NCBI GenBank assembly: GCA_964057225.1
Contig: OZ059898.1
Span: 4,898,001-4,962,000 of the forward strand
Source: Auanema rhodensis
Taxonomy: Eukaryota; Animalia; Nematoda
Length of the DNA stretch: 64,000 nucleotides
Direction of reading: 5' to 3'
A program made the position numbers and the translations under genes. Shown in pieces: positions 1 through 12,420 of this stretch. Numbering within the stretch: the stretch's first letter is position 1; each line of letters starts with the position of its first letter. Under the pieces are notes generated by a model, which was not told the origin of the DNA, did not search any database, and saw only the letters and a list, made by a program, of their open reading frames with translations.

Positions 1-755
1 TGTCACTCATGCCAACATGGTGTGGTAGGCGGGGTCACGTCAAAGTTGTTGGGATATTTGTTCCTTCATTTTCGTGAGCATGGAAAGGTCACATTTTAAG
101 AATATTGTATTCGGATAAAGCATCTTAAAGTACCAACACAACTCTGCTGGACTAGTCGGAACAGAATTTCAGATATCAGAGTGATGTTTGGGTAGAAAAG
201 TTTGTTTATACTCTTGAAAATATGTAGAGAACTACTAGCGTGATCAAAGGTAATATGCCAAAATATAAGAACGGAGTTCATGTTGAGCTGAGCACTGAGT
301 TCCTCATATTATATCGTAATATTTTGCTCTTTTTTAATATTGTTTTTATATTATTTAAGAATAAGATATAAAGCATAATATGAACTTTGAAAAAGTTATA
401 TAAAAAAGAAGTTTTCGGGGGAAAAGTTACAATATTTTAGCGCTTTCACAATGAGAATAAGTCATTGGATATGAAAAGAAACAGCTTATGCGTAAGTTGC
501 TTTTATGAAAAGACCACATGTAAACGTCTGATGAGGTTCAGACGACAAGAGAAAGAGAGAAGTAACATCGCCAAAGGAGAACGACGTTCTGACGAGTTTT
601 GATGACTTTTTGATTAATGACTCAAGTAAGAAATGCAGGATAGTGGGGCTCTGTATAGAGAATAGAAAAGAGAAGAGATGGAAGAAAAAGCAAAAAATAG
701 AACTTCAACAGAATAAGTAAAGAAGTGATATGAATCTAAAAAATGACAAAAATGA

Positions 756-2671
756 TCACTGACCCAAGGATGTTTGGCTTCCAGAATATGCTCCTGAACT
801 GACTACACCTTTAGCGCTACTCCCAAACCGCACAGCTTGATGGCTGAAAAATTTGATTAAGAAATGCAATTTAGTGTTTTTTTTGTTTCCAACTTTGCAA
901 TTTTTTAATTCTTTTGATGGGGGAAAATAAGTATTAGTCAAGGAACTTACCTCATTAGTATTAGATTGTTGTGAATTAAAAGCTAAAGTATAATGAAGAA
1001 CATTCGAATTTCAGATGTTCACAACAATATTTTGGAGAAATAGCTGCAAAAACAGCTGGATTTATTGGTTCAAATAAGACAATAGTAATAAACAAAGAAT
1101 TAAAAGGTATTTCTGAAATATCTTTTATGATCTCTAAGAATCTTTGATCATAATCGATAAATTTTGGTCTTAAAAAGAGGAAGTAATAATATTTTATATA
1201 AAACAATACATTTTATAAAAAGGAAAATTAGAAGAAAAAGAAATTAATTACAGTTTTCCTTAATCCAGAAAATTATGAAATTTTTAAGCGAAAAGATTAA
1301 AGACAAATGATTCGTCCTGAAAGTTCCAACATCCAAAAAGTTAGTCTTGAAGAAGTTTGCCCTGGTTAGGAGCTGCGTTTTGCAGATGAATTCTCTCATT
1401 GGTAATGTATTGGTGAAAGATGAACAACAACAGTAGGAGAAACATAGAAAGATATCGAAAGTATAAGAGAAGAATCAACTGACAAAAGCGGAAAAAACTA
1501 ATATAAGTAAAAAAAAAATTAAATTGTCTTCTTGTACTACCACAGTACACTTAATTATATTTGTATATAAAAGACTTTTTTAATTTGATGATAGTTGATC
1601 ATAAATCTTATTATATTGGTTCAATAATTATTCTGCATATCTGAACTTCTGGACTCAAAATATGAAACTAAATTTCCACGGTTGTTGCTATTCTGAAGTA
1701 TGAAACATATGTTTTTGAGATGATTAAGCATTCCAGAATTTTTTATTTAAGATAGGGACTAACCAACGATGATAAAGAGAACTTCTCACATATAAAACTA
1801 GTAAGTTCAATATAATATATATTTTGATATTAAGTATAAAGCTTTGTATAAGTTTAAAATAATTTTTTTTCTGTTTCCATCATGAAAAAAACTTTAAGAA
1901 ACACTATATATTCAAAGTAAAAAGACTAAAACGTTTGAAAAGATGTGTAAAATGATAGATAGTATTAATAGTATATGAAGATATGAGTTGTTGAAGACGT
2001 ATTTTTACAACTATTATTTTACTTTATATACATGTCTAATAACATAAAAATTGTATATATAAACATCATAATATAGTTGTGTGGTTGTATACTAGTAAGT
2101 TACAAGATATTTGTTCTTTCATTTTTATCTGATGAATATACCTCAACCATATATAATGATATATATACACATATATTTCATTTTAAAATATTTTTAATTA
2201 AATTGCTTTTGTTCGATTATTACTTAAGTTATAATAAAAATTTACTTTTTAAACCATTATTTCTAAAATTATCTTAGTAAATCAATAAAAAACTTGATCT
2301 ATGAACATTTTTCTAAATTGCGGGACAAAAATAGACATATATTAAATAGTTAGCAGAGTGAATTAGAATAGCGGACATGCTAGCTGAACTACAAACGAAT
2401 CATATTAACTCATAATGGAAGGTTTAACTAATCAGCATATTCTCTAAAAACCATCAGGAAGTAGCATATTCGTTTCTGGTCCCTGTGCACATAATAAGAA
2501 TACACAAGTTTTCTCAATTTTTGAAGAAGGGTGAGGACGAACAAAGTTTTTTTCTCGATGATGAGCACTTGATCGACCAAAAATCTATTGGTAAGAAGTG
2601 AAATGTAAATCTTACCGTAATCCAACTCCTTCAATTGCACCGTTAAGTAACAAAGCAACTGTCGCAGCCAT
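756..2671 (-). CDS. Putative two-exon 47-aa micropeptide MAATVALLLNGAIEGVGLRHQAVRFGSSAKGVVSSGAYSGSQTSLGQ
   Basis: Exon 1 is 2671-2616, after a TATTCAG acceptor and ending at a strong CG|GTAAG donor. Exon 2 is 843-756, after TTTTCAG and ending at TGA. The phases (2+1) join in frame, and both exons are GC-richer than their flanks. No homolog recognised. Confidence 0.6.
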
Positions 2672-4449
2672 CAGTTACATCTGAATAGGTATAATTGGAA
2701 GATTATAATACAAAAATTGAGAATATTGAAGAAGTAAATTGTAAGAAGACAAGATGAGGACCCACCCCCTCCCATAAACAAGCCTAAGGGCATACATACA
2801 CATTATTCTCTTGTCATAGTGTCAGCTGTCTCTTTTGCTTGTTTTAGTTTTTAGACAGAATTCAATATTAGCAGAAAGGAATGTGAAGAAGCAATGTTAG
2901 GAATATGATCACATCATCAAGGTGACGCAGCTAGCATTTGAAATGGATGAACATTAAGAATACAGACGATGAAGAAAACGAGCGCAATAGTGGTAAGCAG
3001 TTGACTGAAGACTTTGGTCCAGCTACAAACTTTTTAAAATATTTAAAAGAAATTGAGGAATTGCGTTGAAAAGAATACTTTAAAACGATGAAATGATTGT
3101 TTAAAGTTCTATAAGTGAAGTTTAGTAATGCACTATGATATCAATAATAGAAAAATATGTTGAAGCATTACAGGAAAAGTATCTTGCAGATCTTATTGAT
3201 TCTTAAAGATAAAACTAAAACATTCAATAAGTAATATATTTATAATTTTTTTAAAAATTGAATGATGGAGTATTTCTATATTTTAAACAATAAGAAGAGT
3301 TCATTATATGAAAGATTAGTAGGTTTGATACGTAAACATTAGGGTTGAATTGTTTGTCCTTTTTAGTACATAGTATTATAGAATATTATGTAATACTATA
3401 TATATACATATATACTTATAAATTTTTAATAATAAATGATTTAAATAAAGTTTTTAATCAAAAACATCTTTTTCTACAAATATAGGTAAAGTCTGCAATT
3501 TTTTACTTGATTTTTGCATCACATCACGCCATTTAGCTGTTGAATTTTTAGTTGTACTCATGTTAATCATTTATTTATTTTTCAACATAATCTTTGTAAT
3601 TATTTCTTTAAAACGTTAAAATTATTATTTTGAAACTATATATACTGTACACTGTATATCATATATACTATATAATATATAGAAATATGTATATAATAAT
3701 AATATATACATATATGTCTATAAAGCTATAATGTGTAAAGCATGATAAGATATAATTTGATAAATTCGTTAAAAGTTTTCATTCCATTTTCACGCGCTGT
3801 TATCTTGTACAAGCATTTCTTACGTATTGCTTGTGGAGCACAACCGTAACGATTTTGTTAATTCAACTTATCATTTGTCTTTGTTTATATGTTTCAATGA
3901 TAATTTGAATTTTTGATTCTTCTTTTTTTTTTTAATTTGAATTATTTAAAAAAAATTAAATATTCATATATAGATTGTATGAAAATATTAATACTCATAT
4001 AACGACTTGATATCTAACTAGCTTCTGTTTATTCTGTAAAATATTTCCTGCTTTCTCTATAGAGCATTTTATTAATTAGATAAGATTAATATAGATTGAT
4101 TGCCTTCTGTACGTATAGCATTACATCCATAAAGATTTTCTTTAATATTATGGAATTTTAAATTATTTATATGTATGACTAAGAATAACTATTGTGTTAT
4201 TAACCCACGTCTTTCATAGTTCATATCATTTAAATGAATCGGACAGTATCCTAATTATATTCTTTATTCTTAGTAATGTTATATCTTATCATTAGTATCT
4301 AACCACAATTTTAACTGTTTAATCCTTTTATCTCTTTTATCAATCACACTGATATTTACCTGTTTATTCCAATTTTATTGTTCTAGTATTGATATTTCAG
4401 ACCATCTAGTTAAACAAAATATATATATTTATATATAGTTATAACAACT

Positions 4450-6872
4450 ATGTCAAATGGAGGTATAATCATATACAATATATATAAATTTTATATAATA
4501 ATTATATAAATTTAGATGTTATAGCTGGAGCCATTTTAGGCATTTTTAACAATGTCTTTATTCTAATACTTGCTGCTATTTTTCTCATTTTTCATAGAAA
4601 AGAAATTATTTTAACTTTTAATAATTTACGGAATGGAGAAACTGATAATACTGTTCCATTGTCATCCAGGTTAGTACATTGCAAAAATTGAAAACTGCTA
4701 TGGAAGTAAGTGTGAAAGGAAAAAAGAGAGGAAAATTTCGATAAGCAATTGAAGAAGCATCAAAATGTGTCTGATAACGACGAATAATTACAGGGTACAT
4801 CCAGAAGAACATCGTTTAGAATCTGTTAAAGTAGAGCCGAATCGTTCAAGGTAAATTAAATATATTAGAAATACGAGAAAGTATGATTTTATATCTTTAG
4901 ATTCTCTGTCAGTCAAACGAAGCGAAATGCTGCTTTTGTCGATGCTGAGAGACCGACAGTAATACATCAACATCATGTATTTAGAGAAAATATTTAATTT
5001 TGATATATTACAATTTATTTTATAGAATGAAATAGAATGTGAACATGAGACAATAATTGTTCCTTTAGAAGAAAGAATATCAGAGGTTTTTATTTGAAAT
5101 TTTCTTTTGTTGCTTGACCAATTACCTTTAAGGCTACACTAAATATGGAAGAATCCGAAAACGTAGCACAATCATCATCAGTATGTGATAACAAATTATC
5201 AAACTCATATTTATGTATTCAGGTTGCGCATGTTCACACAGAGAACTTGAAAACAGTTTCGCGAGATTCAAAAACATCATATGAAGCTTTCATGGATGAA
5301 GTATTCTTGAATGAGCCATCTACTAAGCTCCAAGTTTTTATGACGGATAACACTGAAGCTGTTTATTCTTCTGGAGAATCAGATATCTCCCATGTTGGAA
5401 TACAATATGATACTCTACCCTATACGTATGACATGCCTCCAGTCAACTTATATGATGTAGTTGATGACCAGCAATATGCATATGACTCAGCCGATTCTTT
5501 AGATGACACCATTATCGAAGTAGTTCAAGATTCAGACATTCATGAATCAAATTTTGCCGATTTCACTGAAAGATTACATCACACCGACGATCTACCACAT
5601 ATACGATTTTCTGAAGTATTCAGCGCCGACATTCTCGATAAGATGAGTGCTAATGCTCATAGAGATTGGTTCTCACCTTATCAAGAATCATTTAAACATT
5701 TTAGTATTGTAACTGAATCACCAACTTTTGAGACGCATATTCATCTTGGTGCTAGTTACGATTCACCTCCCGATCAAACTGCATACGATAACATTCTAAC
5801 GTATACTCCAGATTTGCCTGAACACCCGATTTCTGATAGCGTTCACTTGTTTCATCACAAATCATATGGCTTAGATGAACACGTTGATAAATATTTTCAT
5901 GACGCTCTTCATGCCCATGCTGCTGATGAGCACATTATCGAAACCTCACCTTATCAACCTATTCATGGTTTCGTTGATATCTCTGCAAATGAGCTCCAAA
6001 CTAGAAGTGAAAATACGCCACTTCCGATTGACCATACACGCAGTAGCTCAGGTGGAAGTGTTGACGAGTGTTACATTGATAGTTCAATGTATAAAAGAAC
6101 GGATAGTAATCTAGATTCAATAGAAAGTTTTGGAGGATTCGTATCAGATTATTACACTCATGTTGAAGACTTATTAAGCAGATACGGACAAGTAATGTTC
6201 GAAGGACCATTATCATCAGTTCAAGTTCCAGAACAAACTTCTATTACCAAAAAAAAAATTGATACATCTCAGGATAATAAAACGTCTTTAGTTTTGGAAC
6301 CAATTATGGAACATAGCCATGAGGAAGAGAGCAGTATATACTCTTCGTCAACAACTATTCATGGCAAACAATTGGAGAAATCAGACGATAATCATACTCA
6401 CATTCAGCAATCATTAGAACAGTCTCCTGTCATAATAAAAAGTGACAATTATCATGACATTAGCACTGATAATAAGTCAGAAACAACTAAGAGTATTCAT
6501 ATATCAACAGTAACATCATCATCAGTTCATCAGGAGTCTGATTCTCATATATCAAATATTCCAGCTTTATCTTCTGTTGATACTATAAACACATTAACTA
6601 AACGAAATGCATTAATTCGCTCAGAGCACCAAAGCTTTGATAATGATATGAGCTATACAAGCGGATTGTATGATTCTACAGTAGAAGTACATACCTCAAC
6701 TTCACATAATGCTAATAGTTCTGATGATGACGATTTTGATCCTAATTATAAGCTTAATCTAATAAATCAATATGATTCTTATACTGCTTCTCATAATAGA
6801 TCTGATTATGAACCTTCTAGTTCTGATATATTTGAATGGCATTCTGAGGCTCTTGACTCTTTTGAACGTTAA
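4450..6872 (+). CDS. Single-pass membrane protein: N-terminal TM helix plus long acidic, Ser/His-rich low-complexity tail; unknown function
   Basis: The spliced model reads MSNG|DVIAGAILGIFNNVFILILAAIFLIFHRKE... Several short GT-AG introns join in frame to the 575-aa ORF 5145-6872. An upstream ATTTCAG acceptor lies near 4400. Confidence 0.7.
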
Positions 6873-7290
6873 GGATTAAATCAAGAGCGCCTGTTTGGAA
6901 CTTCTTCATCAGCAATGTTATCTGTAAGCTTTTAAAAAAAATTTTATTTAAAATATAACTATTCATTGCAAATTGTAATATTAATATTTCAGAACGAAAG
7001 TAAAGGTCGTATTGAAGAAAGAAAAGAGTAACTTTGACTACAAACATATTTTCACTTTGTATTGCTTTAATTTATTATTTTTGATAATGGTGTCATGAAG
7101 CATTATATTTATATTTAATTCATTTTATATCATAAATTATACAAATTTATAAGAAAACAACAGAAGAAATAATTAGTATTCAGTAAAAGATCGATATAAG
7201 CTGTTTTTAGGAACAATGAACCTGTGTCCTTCTAAAACAAACCATAAGAAATAACAGTCTAATGTAAACCTCACGCTCACGCTCACCACG

Positions 7291-7325
7291 CATACAACAT
7301 ACGGCGAACCTTAGAAACAGAGCTA
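7291..7325 (+). promoter_or_regulatory. Candidate proximal sequence element (PSE) of the U5 snRNA gene
   Basis: GGCGAACC-containing stretch about 35-45 nt upstream of the U5 start, loosely resembling the nematode snRNA PSE. The call rests on position only. Confidence 0.35.
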
Positions 7326-7343
7326 CGCGATACCATCTCGGGT

Positions 7344-7461
7344 ATCCTCTGGTTCCTTTGCAATTCTCCGTGAAAATCTTTCGCCTTTTACTAAAGATTT
7401 CCGTGCATAGGGACGCATATGAGTAAATAAATTTTTTGGAATCCCCTCGAAAGAGCGGGAT
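7344..7461 (+). ncRNA. U5: U5 spliceosomal snRNA
   Basis: 5' CTCTGGTTCC; invariant loop I in AAATCTTTCGCCTTTTACTAAAGATTTCCGTG; Sm site AATTTTTTGG (7430-7439); terminal stem-loop ATCCCCTC-GAAA-GAGCGGGAT. Confidence 0.95.
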
Positions 7462-7533
7462 AATTTGTGTTTGAATTTTTTTTAAAAATTTAATTAATTT
7501 TTTTATTGAAATTTAAATTTAAAATGTACAGAG

Positions 7534-8792
7534 ATGGATACTGCTGGCAGAGATTATGTGAAAGATAATATGCCTATAATAGGCTTGGGAACTTATCAAG
7601 TTTCATTTTTAATTAATCTGTATACTGAGTATATTTCAGATTCGTAAAGAGCAAGTGATTTTTGATATAATTGATGCTGCACTCGCGACTGGCTATCGTT
7701 TCATTGATACGGCCCAAATCTATGGTACATACTTTAAAAATATTTATCATTTGCAAATTTTCTTAGGCAATGAAGCTGCAATTGGAAAAGCTCTTAAAGA
7801 ATTATTACCTAAATACGGACTTGAAAGGCTTGGAATTGTTTTCGGATAATGTCGTAATGTTAATAGTTTAGAAGAGATATTTTCATTACAACGAAACTTT
7901 CTCCTGCTAATCACGGAGCTACTAAAGCGGGTCCAGCAATAATGCGGTAAAAAAGTATATGGTTTTAATATGAAATAATGTAAAACAGGTCATTGGAAGA
8001 TTTACAAATTGAATATATAGATCTACTCATAATTCATTGGCCAGGTGTTACAAAGTTGAAGGTACGATTGCCTGGCGATTGCCTTGCATAAGCATTAAAA
8101 AAATATTTTAGGTTCATGATCCTAAAAATTCCATTTTGAGACATGAAAGTTATTTAGTTATGGAAGAGTTTCACAGTATATCATTGTTAAAATAAGTAAA
8201 TTAAATGTTAATTGTTTAAAGGGGAAGGAAAACTTAAAGCTATTGGTGTTTCCAATTATGAAATCAAGCATTTGGAAGAATTACTTGATAAAGCAAATGT
8301 TCTTCCAGCATTGAACCAAGTAAGCATATCGAATGTGGTTTCAAAATATGAATAGTTCAGGTTGAATATCATCCTCATTTTCATCAGACTGATCTTGTAA
8401 ATTATTGTAGGACAAAAGGAATTCTCTTCCAGGTTCTCCTCAAGTCTAAGCACTTCATAATAATAATTTCAGGCTTATAGCAGTTTAGGAAGTCCAGATT
8501 ACAGAGATGAATTGTTCAATGACTCTCACCTTAAGAGTCTTGCTTCTAAGTATAAAACGGATGTTCCTTTATTTCTGTTAGCATGGGCTGCATCACAGGT
8601 TAACCGCGTTATGTTTTGAAAATTTCTTATTTTTTTCAGGGAATAAGTATTTTGCCGAGAAGTTCGAATCCAGAAAGAGTAAAATCTAACTTTCTGTCCA
8701 AAGACATTAAAGTTAGTAAGGAAGATATAAATGTGTTACTTGAAAATGGCATGAATAGCAAAGTTTGTTGGGATCCAAGCACAGTTGTTTGA
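7534..8792 (+). CDS. Aldo-keto reductase family protein (about 10 exons)
   Basis: The spliced translation contains MPIIGLGTYQ, GYRFIDTAQIYGNE, DIFITTKL, YIDLLIIHWP, LKAIGVSNY, NQVEYHP, QAYSSLGS and ILPRSSNPERV, which are canonical AKR motifs with the catalytic D, Y, K and H. Confidence 0.93.
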
Positions 8793-9272
8793 ATTGTTTC
8801 CAACTTCTGAGAGATATTCTACAAATTTATTAAACATTATTATCCTTATTATGGAGTGAAAAACATTTCACGCAAACTCTGAATAAAAAAAACGTTGTGT
8901 TTGGCTGGTTGCATGTTGAAAATTTTTGAAATACTTCATAGTTTGCTCTCATTATATTATCTTTTTAAGCAGGTCTATTTAACACTTGTATGGAATTTAG
9001 TTACAATGATAATAAGATTGAAATGCGGCTTATATTTATCTTAAGATAAACATGTTAAATATATATACTTTTTCAACTTTGATCGTTCAGCTTTTGGGGC
9101 GCTTTGAATGTCACGAGTAATCTTCGTTTGATTTAATAAAATTATGTTCTATTATTTCTGGGATTCTGGGTATAATTAAAAGGAAAGTTATCGCTATGCT
9201 GCTTCTTATCAGAACTAGGAATAACTTAGAAAAAGTTATTGAAATTGAAAGCGTTAAAGAAAACAAAAGTAT

Positions 9273-9345
9273 CGACCACGGCAGGATTCGAACCTACAAT
9301 CTTCTGCTCCGTAGGCAGACGCGTTATCCATTGCGCCACGCGGCC
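9273..9345 (-). tRNA. tRNA-Arg-ACG: tRNA-Arg (anticodon ACG)
   Basis: The reverse complement reads GGCCGCGTGGCGCAATGGATAACGCGTCTGCCTACGGAGCAGAAGATTGTAGGTTCGAATCCTGCCGTGGTCG. It folds as a cloverleaf with A and B boxes and is followed by T-runs (Pol III terminator). Confidence 0.97.
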
Positions 9346-9787
9346 ATAAGATTGACCCATCTTATGCAATATAACTGTATCTTTAGAGCTTTTAAATTTA
9401 ATAAATTAGTATTTATTATTACAATAAATTTTATTGTTTGAACTATTTACATAATTATAAAAAAGTTAGAAATCATTAAATAAACATTTAAAATTTTTTA
9501 TATTCAAAGAAAAAACTTTTCAGAAGAATGAATGCTTTATAATACATGTTGAATAAATCGTTTGAGATACTCAGTTTCTTTAAATAAATAATTTCAAAAT
9601 AAGAAAGAAATTTTTTCTTGATGACCTGCTTTATTGCAATCTTGATACTGGGAAGAGGCTTTCAAAGATGACACTAGTTTCCCAGCAATAAGAGCACTTT
9701 TTCCAAATAACTAGAGATAGCTATAAAAAGAAAATACATAGAAGAAGATTAGTTGTAACAAAATAAGGAAAGTACTTCTCAGAAAAA

Positions 9788-9802
9788 GAGGAAGGAGAGA
9801 GA

Positions 9803-9876
<74 letters not shown>

Positions 9877-9890
9877 GAGAGAGAGAGAGA
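9788..9890. repeat. (GA)n microsatellite / polypurine tract
   Basis: Uninterrupted GA repeat at about 9806-9873 with GAGGAA interruptions on both sides. Confidence 0.95.
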
Positions 9891-12168
9891 TAGAAAGAGT
9901 GTTGAAGGATATCTCAGTTGAGAAGGTTGACGATATATTCTTCGAAATCTTCATATATTTTTATAATTTTCGAATATTATTTGAATATAAATAGTCAATA
10001 GTGTCTTGATATTCAGAAGATTCATGTTATAGCTTGTTTATAAAAGTATCTGTTATATTCTCTAATAGTTTATATAATAATATTGATTCAAAACAATCAA
10101 ATATTGAGCAAAATGTATGAGAAATTTGTATGTCCAACAATATTTTGAAGATTAATATCACAATCTGTTTTTTTTTTTTTGGAAAATATGTTTGCTCGAA
10201 CTATACTTACGTCATAGTCACCAATTGCATACCATCAATGATTTCTCAGTTCATACACGTGATTGATGTTCTCAAATATTAAAATGTTCCTGTACATATA
10301 CATATAGTATTCAATCTATGAAATGTATTTGTATCTCTCCATTTCACCTACTTATTTCCTTTCCTAGTCCGTTCGAAACGCTTTTGAACATGAAAACTAG
10401 TTACTATAAATATTTTATCTATTTCCAGTATGGATTATGCTGATTAAGCCAAACGAATATTACCATTTGTCTTATTCAAAATATATAACGTTTCATCTTT
10501 TAAATAGTTACTGACGTCAGAAATATACGTAAAGTTTTTGAAATTTTGAAAGAGATAACTGTTTTCATAGGTAGCTTCACTTGTCGCACACTTCCCTTCA
10601 CTACAAAGCAATTGTTATATATATATATTCAAATAAATTCGGCTTTATTTTATCCAATCTGTCACTTTTTCGGAAATATTTTCATTACCGTCCGACAGGC
10701 ACTGGCTAGACGAATGCAATCTTTGAGTGATTTTCTTTATTTACTTATTGATTCAATTATTAATTCAAATAAAACTGTTCTTCTCACGATTTTCATTTCT
10801 AATTTTCTTATTTGATCCTTTTTCTTACTTTTATTTATCTATTTATCATTTTATTCTTTATATTTTCAATTACTTACTTCTTATTGAAAATATGTGTTTT
10901 CTCTAGTCATCAACTATCATCTTCACGCTGTCAGAAAAGTTTCTTAGTTATGACAAAGTGCAAATCACAGATATCTGCAGATACATTTTGGCTTGAATCG
11001 AAACGCTACGTTGAGAGTCTTGAAGGTCTGGGACCAACGATGTTGCGGCGATGGCTCTCCTGTTTACAGCCCCCCCATCTTCTTGATAAGACTGTCTTTC
11101 ATCTTACCGCTTAAATGGCCATTCAAACTGCGTCACGTTATCCTCTATTTTCAATTTTCTTCTTTGGTTTTAATTTTATTTTAAAACATTTCCAGAAAAT
11201 ATATATTTCTTCATCTGAAAAAGCAAATTTAGCTGTTATCGTTTTCTACTAATATGCATATTATTTTAACATGAAACCATCATAATATACATATATTCTA
11301 AAATAATTCAATTTCTATATTATTTGACTAAAACTATTACTATTATATTTTATTCTTTCTTATTGTTTTTTTTGCAAACAATTGAATCTCTCTTTCTTTT
11401 GTTTCTTTCTCTCTCTCTCTCTGTCAATTTTTGTTCTCATAGTCTCTGATACGCTTTAACCTTTCTCTTTAATTTTTATCAGTTTTTCAATTGTCTTATC
11501 GATTTGACCTCAACTAATCCTTCCAATTTTAACACCTTAGTTAATCATTATTAACTTAACAAATACATATATTATTTACAATAAATACTAATATTATATG
11601 TATCAAAAATAGATTTCATATTAAAAAAAATGAAATTTTCTAAATTATAAAAGATCAATGAATCATATAAGTATTTTTTCCTTTTTTTCTATAAATCTTA
11701 ATATAATCTATAGTTTATAAATTATGAAATTAAATAAAAATTATATAAACTATCATAATTGCTCCATATTTGGTTATAAAATAGACGGAGAAAACTGTAC
11801 TTTATCCTGTTTGTTGCGAATGCAATAAAATTATCATTTTATTTGTTGTTTGATATATCGATTCCTCTTGTTTCATGTTTTTTTTAGAACTTTTTTGTAC
11901 TTTTTACAAAAAAATATAAATTCTTTTAATATAATAATATAATTTGAATATTTATTTACATTATTAAAAACAAAATTATTTCATATAAGTTATTAAATAC
12001 ACTATTACAATCATGATATCGTCTGTTATAACCTTATCATACAATGATTAGTGAGAACCAATAAAATAGCAATAAATTCCCATATGTTGGTTAGAAGCTT
12101 ATGCTGTTTATGCTTCTATCACGCACCATGCCATTCAAAATCGACCTTGCTCCCAAAACATCCTCTCC

Positions 12169-12171
<3 letters not shown>

Positions 12172-12215
<44 letters not shown>

Positions 12216-12229
12216 TCTCTTTCTCTCTT

Positions 12230-12275
<46 letters not shown>

Positions 12276-12289
12276 TCTCTTTCTCTCTT

Positions 12290-12335
<46 letters not shown>

Positions 12336-12420
12336 AATCTCTTTCTCTTTTGCTCTCTCTCTCTCTCTCTCTCTCTCTTTCAATCTCTTTCTCTTTTGCT
12401 CTCTCTCTCTCTCTTTCTCT
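12172..12420. repeat. Compound (CT)n microsatellite with a higher-order unit of about 50-60 bp
   Basis: CT runs are separated four times by the spacer TT(T/C)AATCTCTTTCTCT(C/T)TTG. Positions 12181-12240 and 12241-12300 are identical. Confidence 0.95.
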
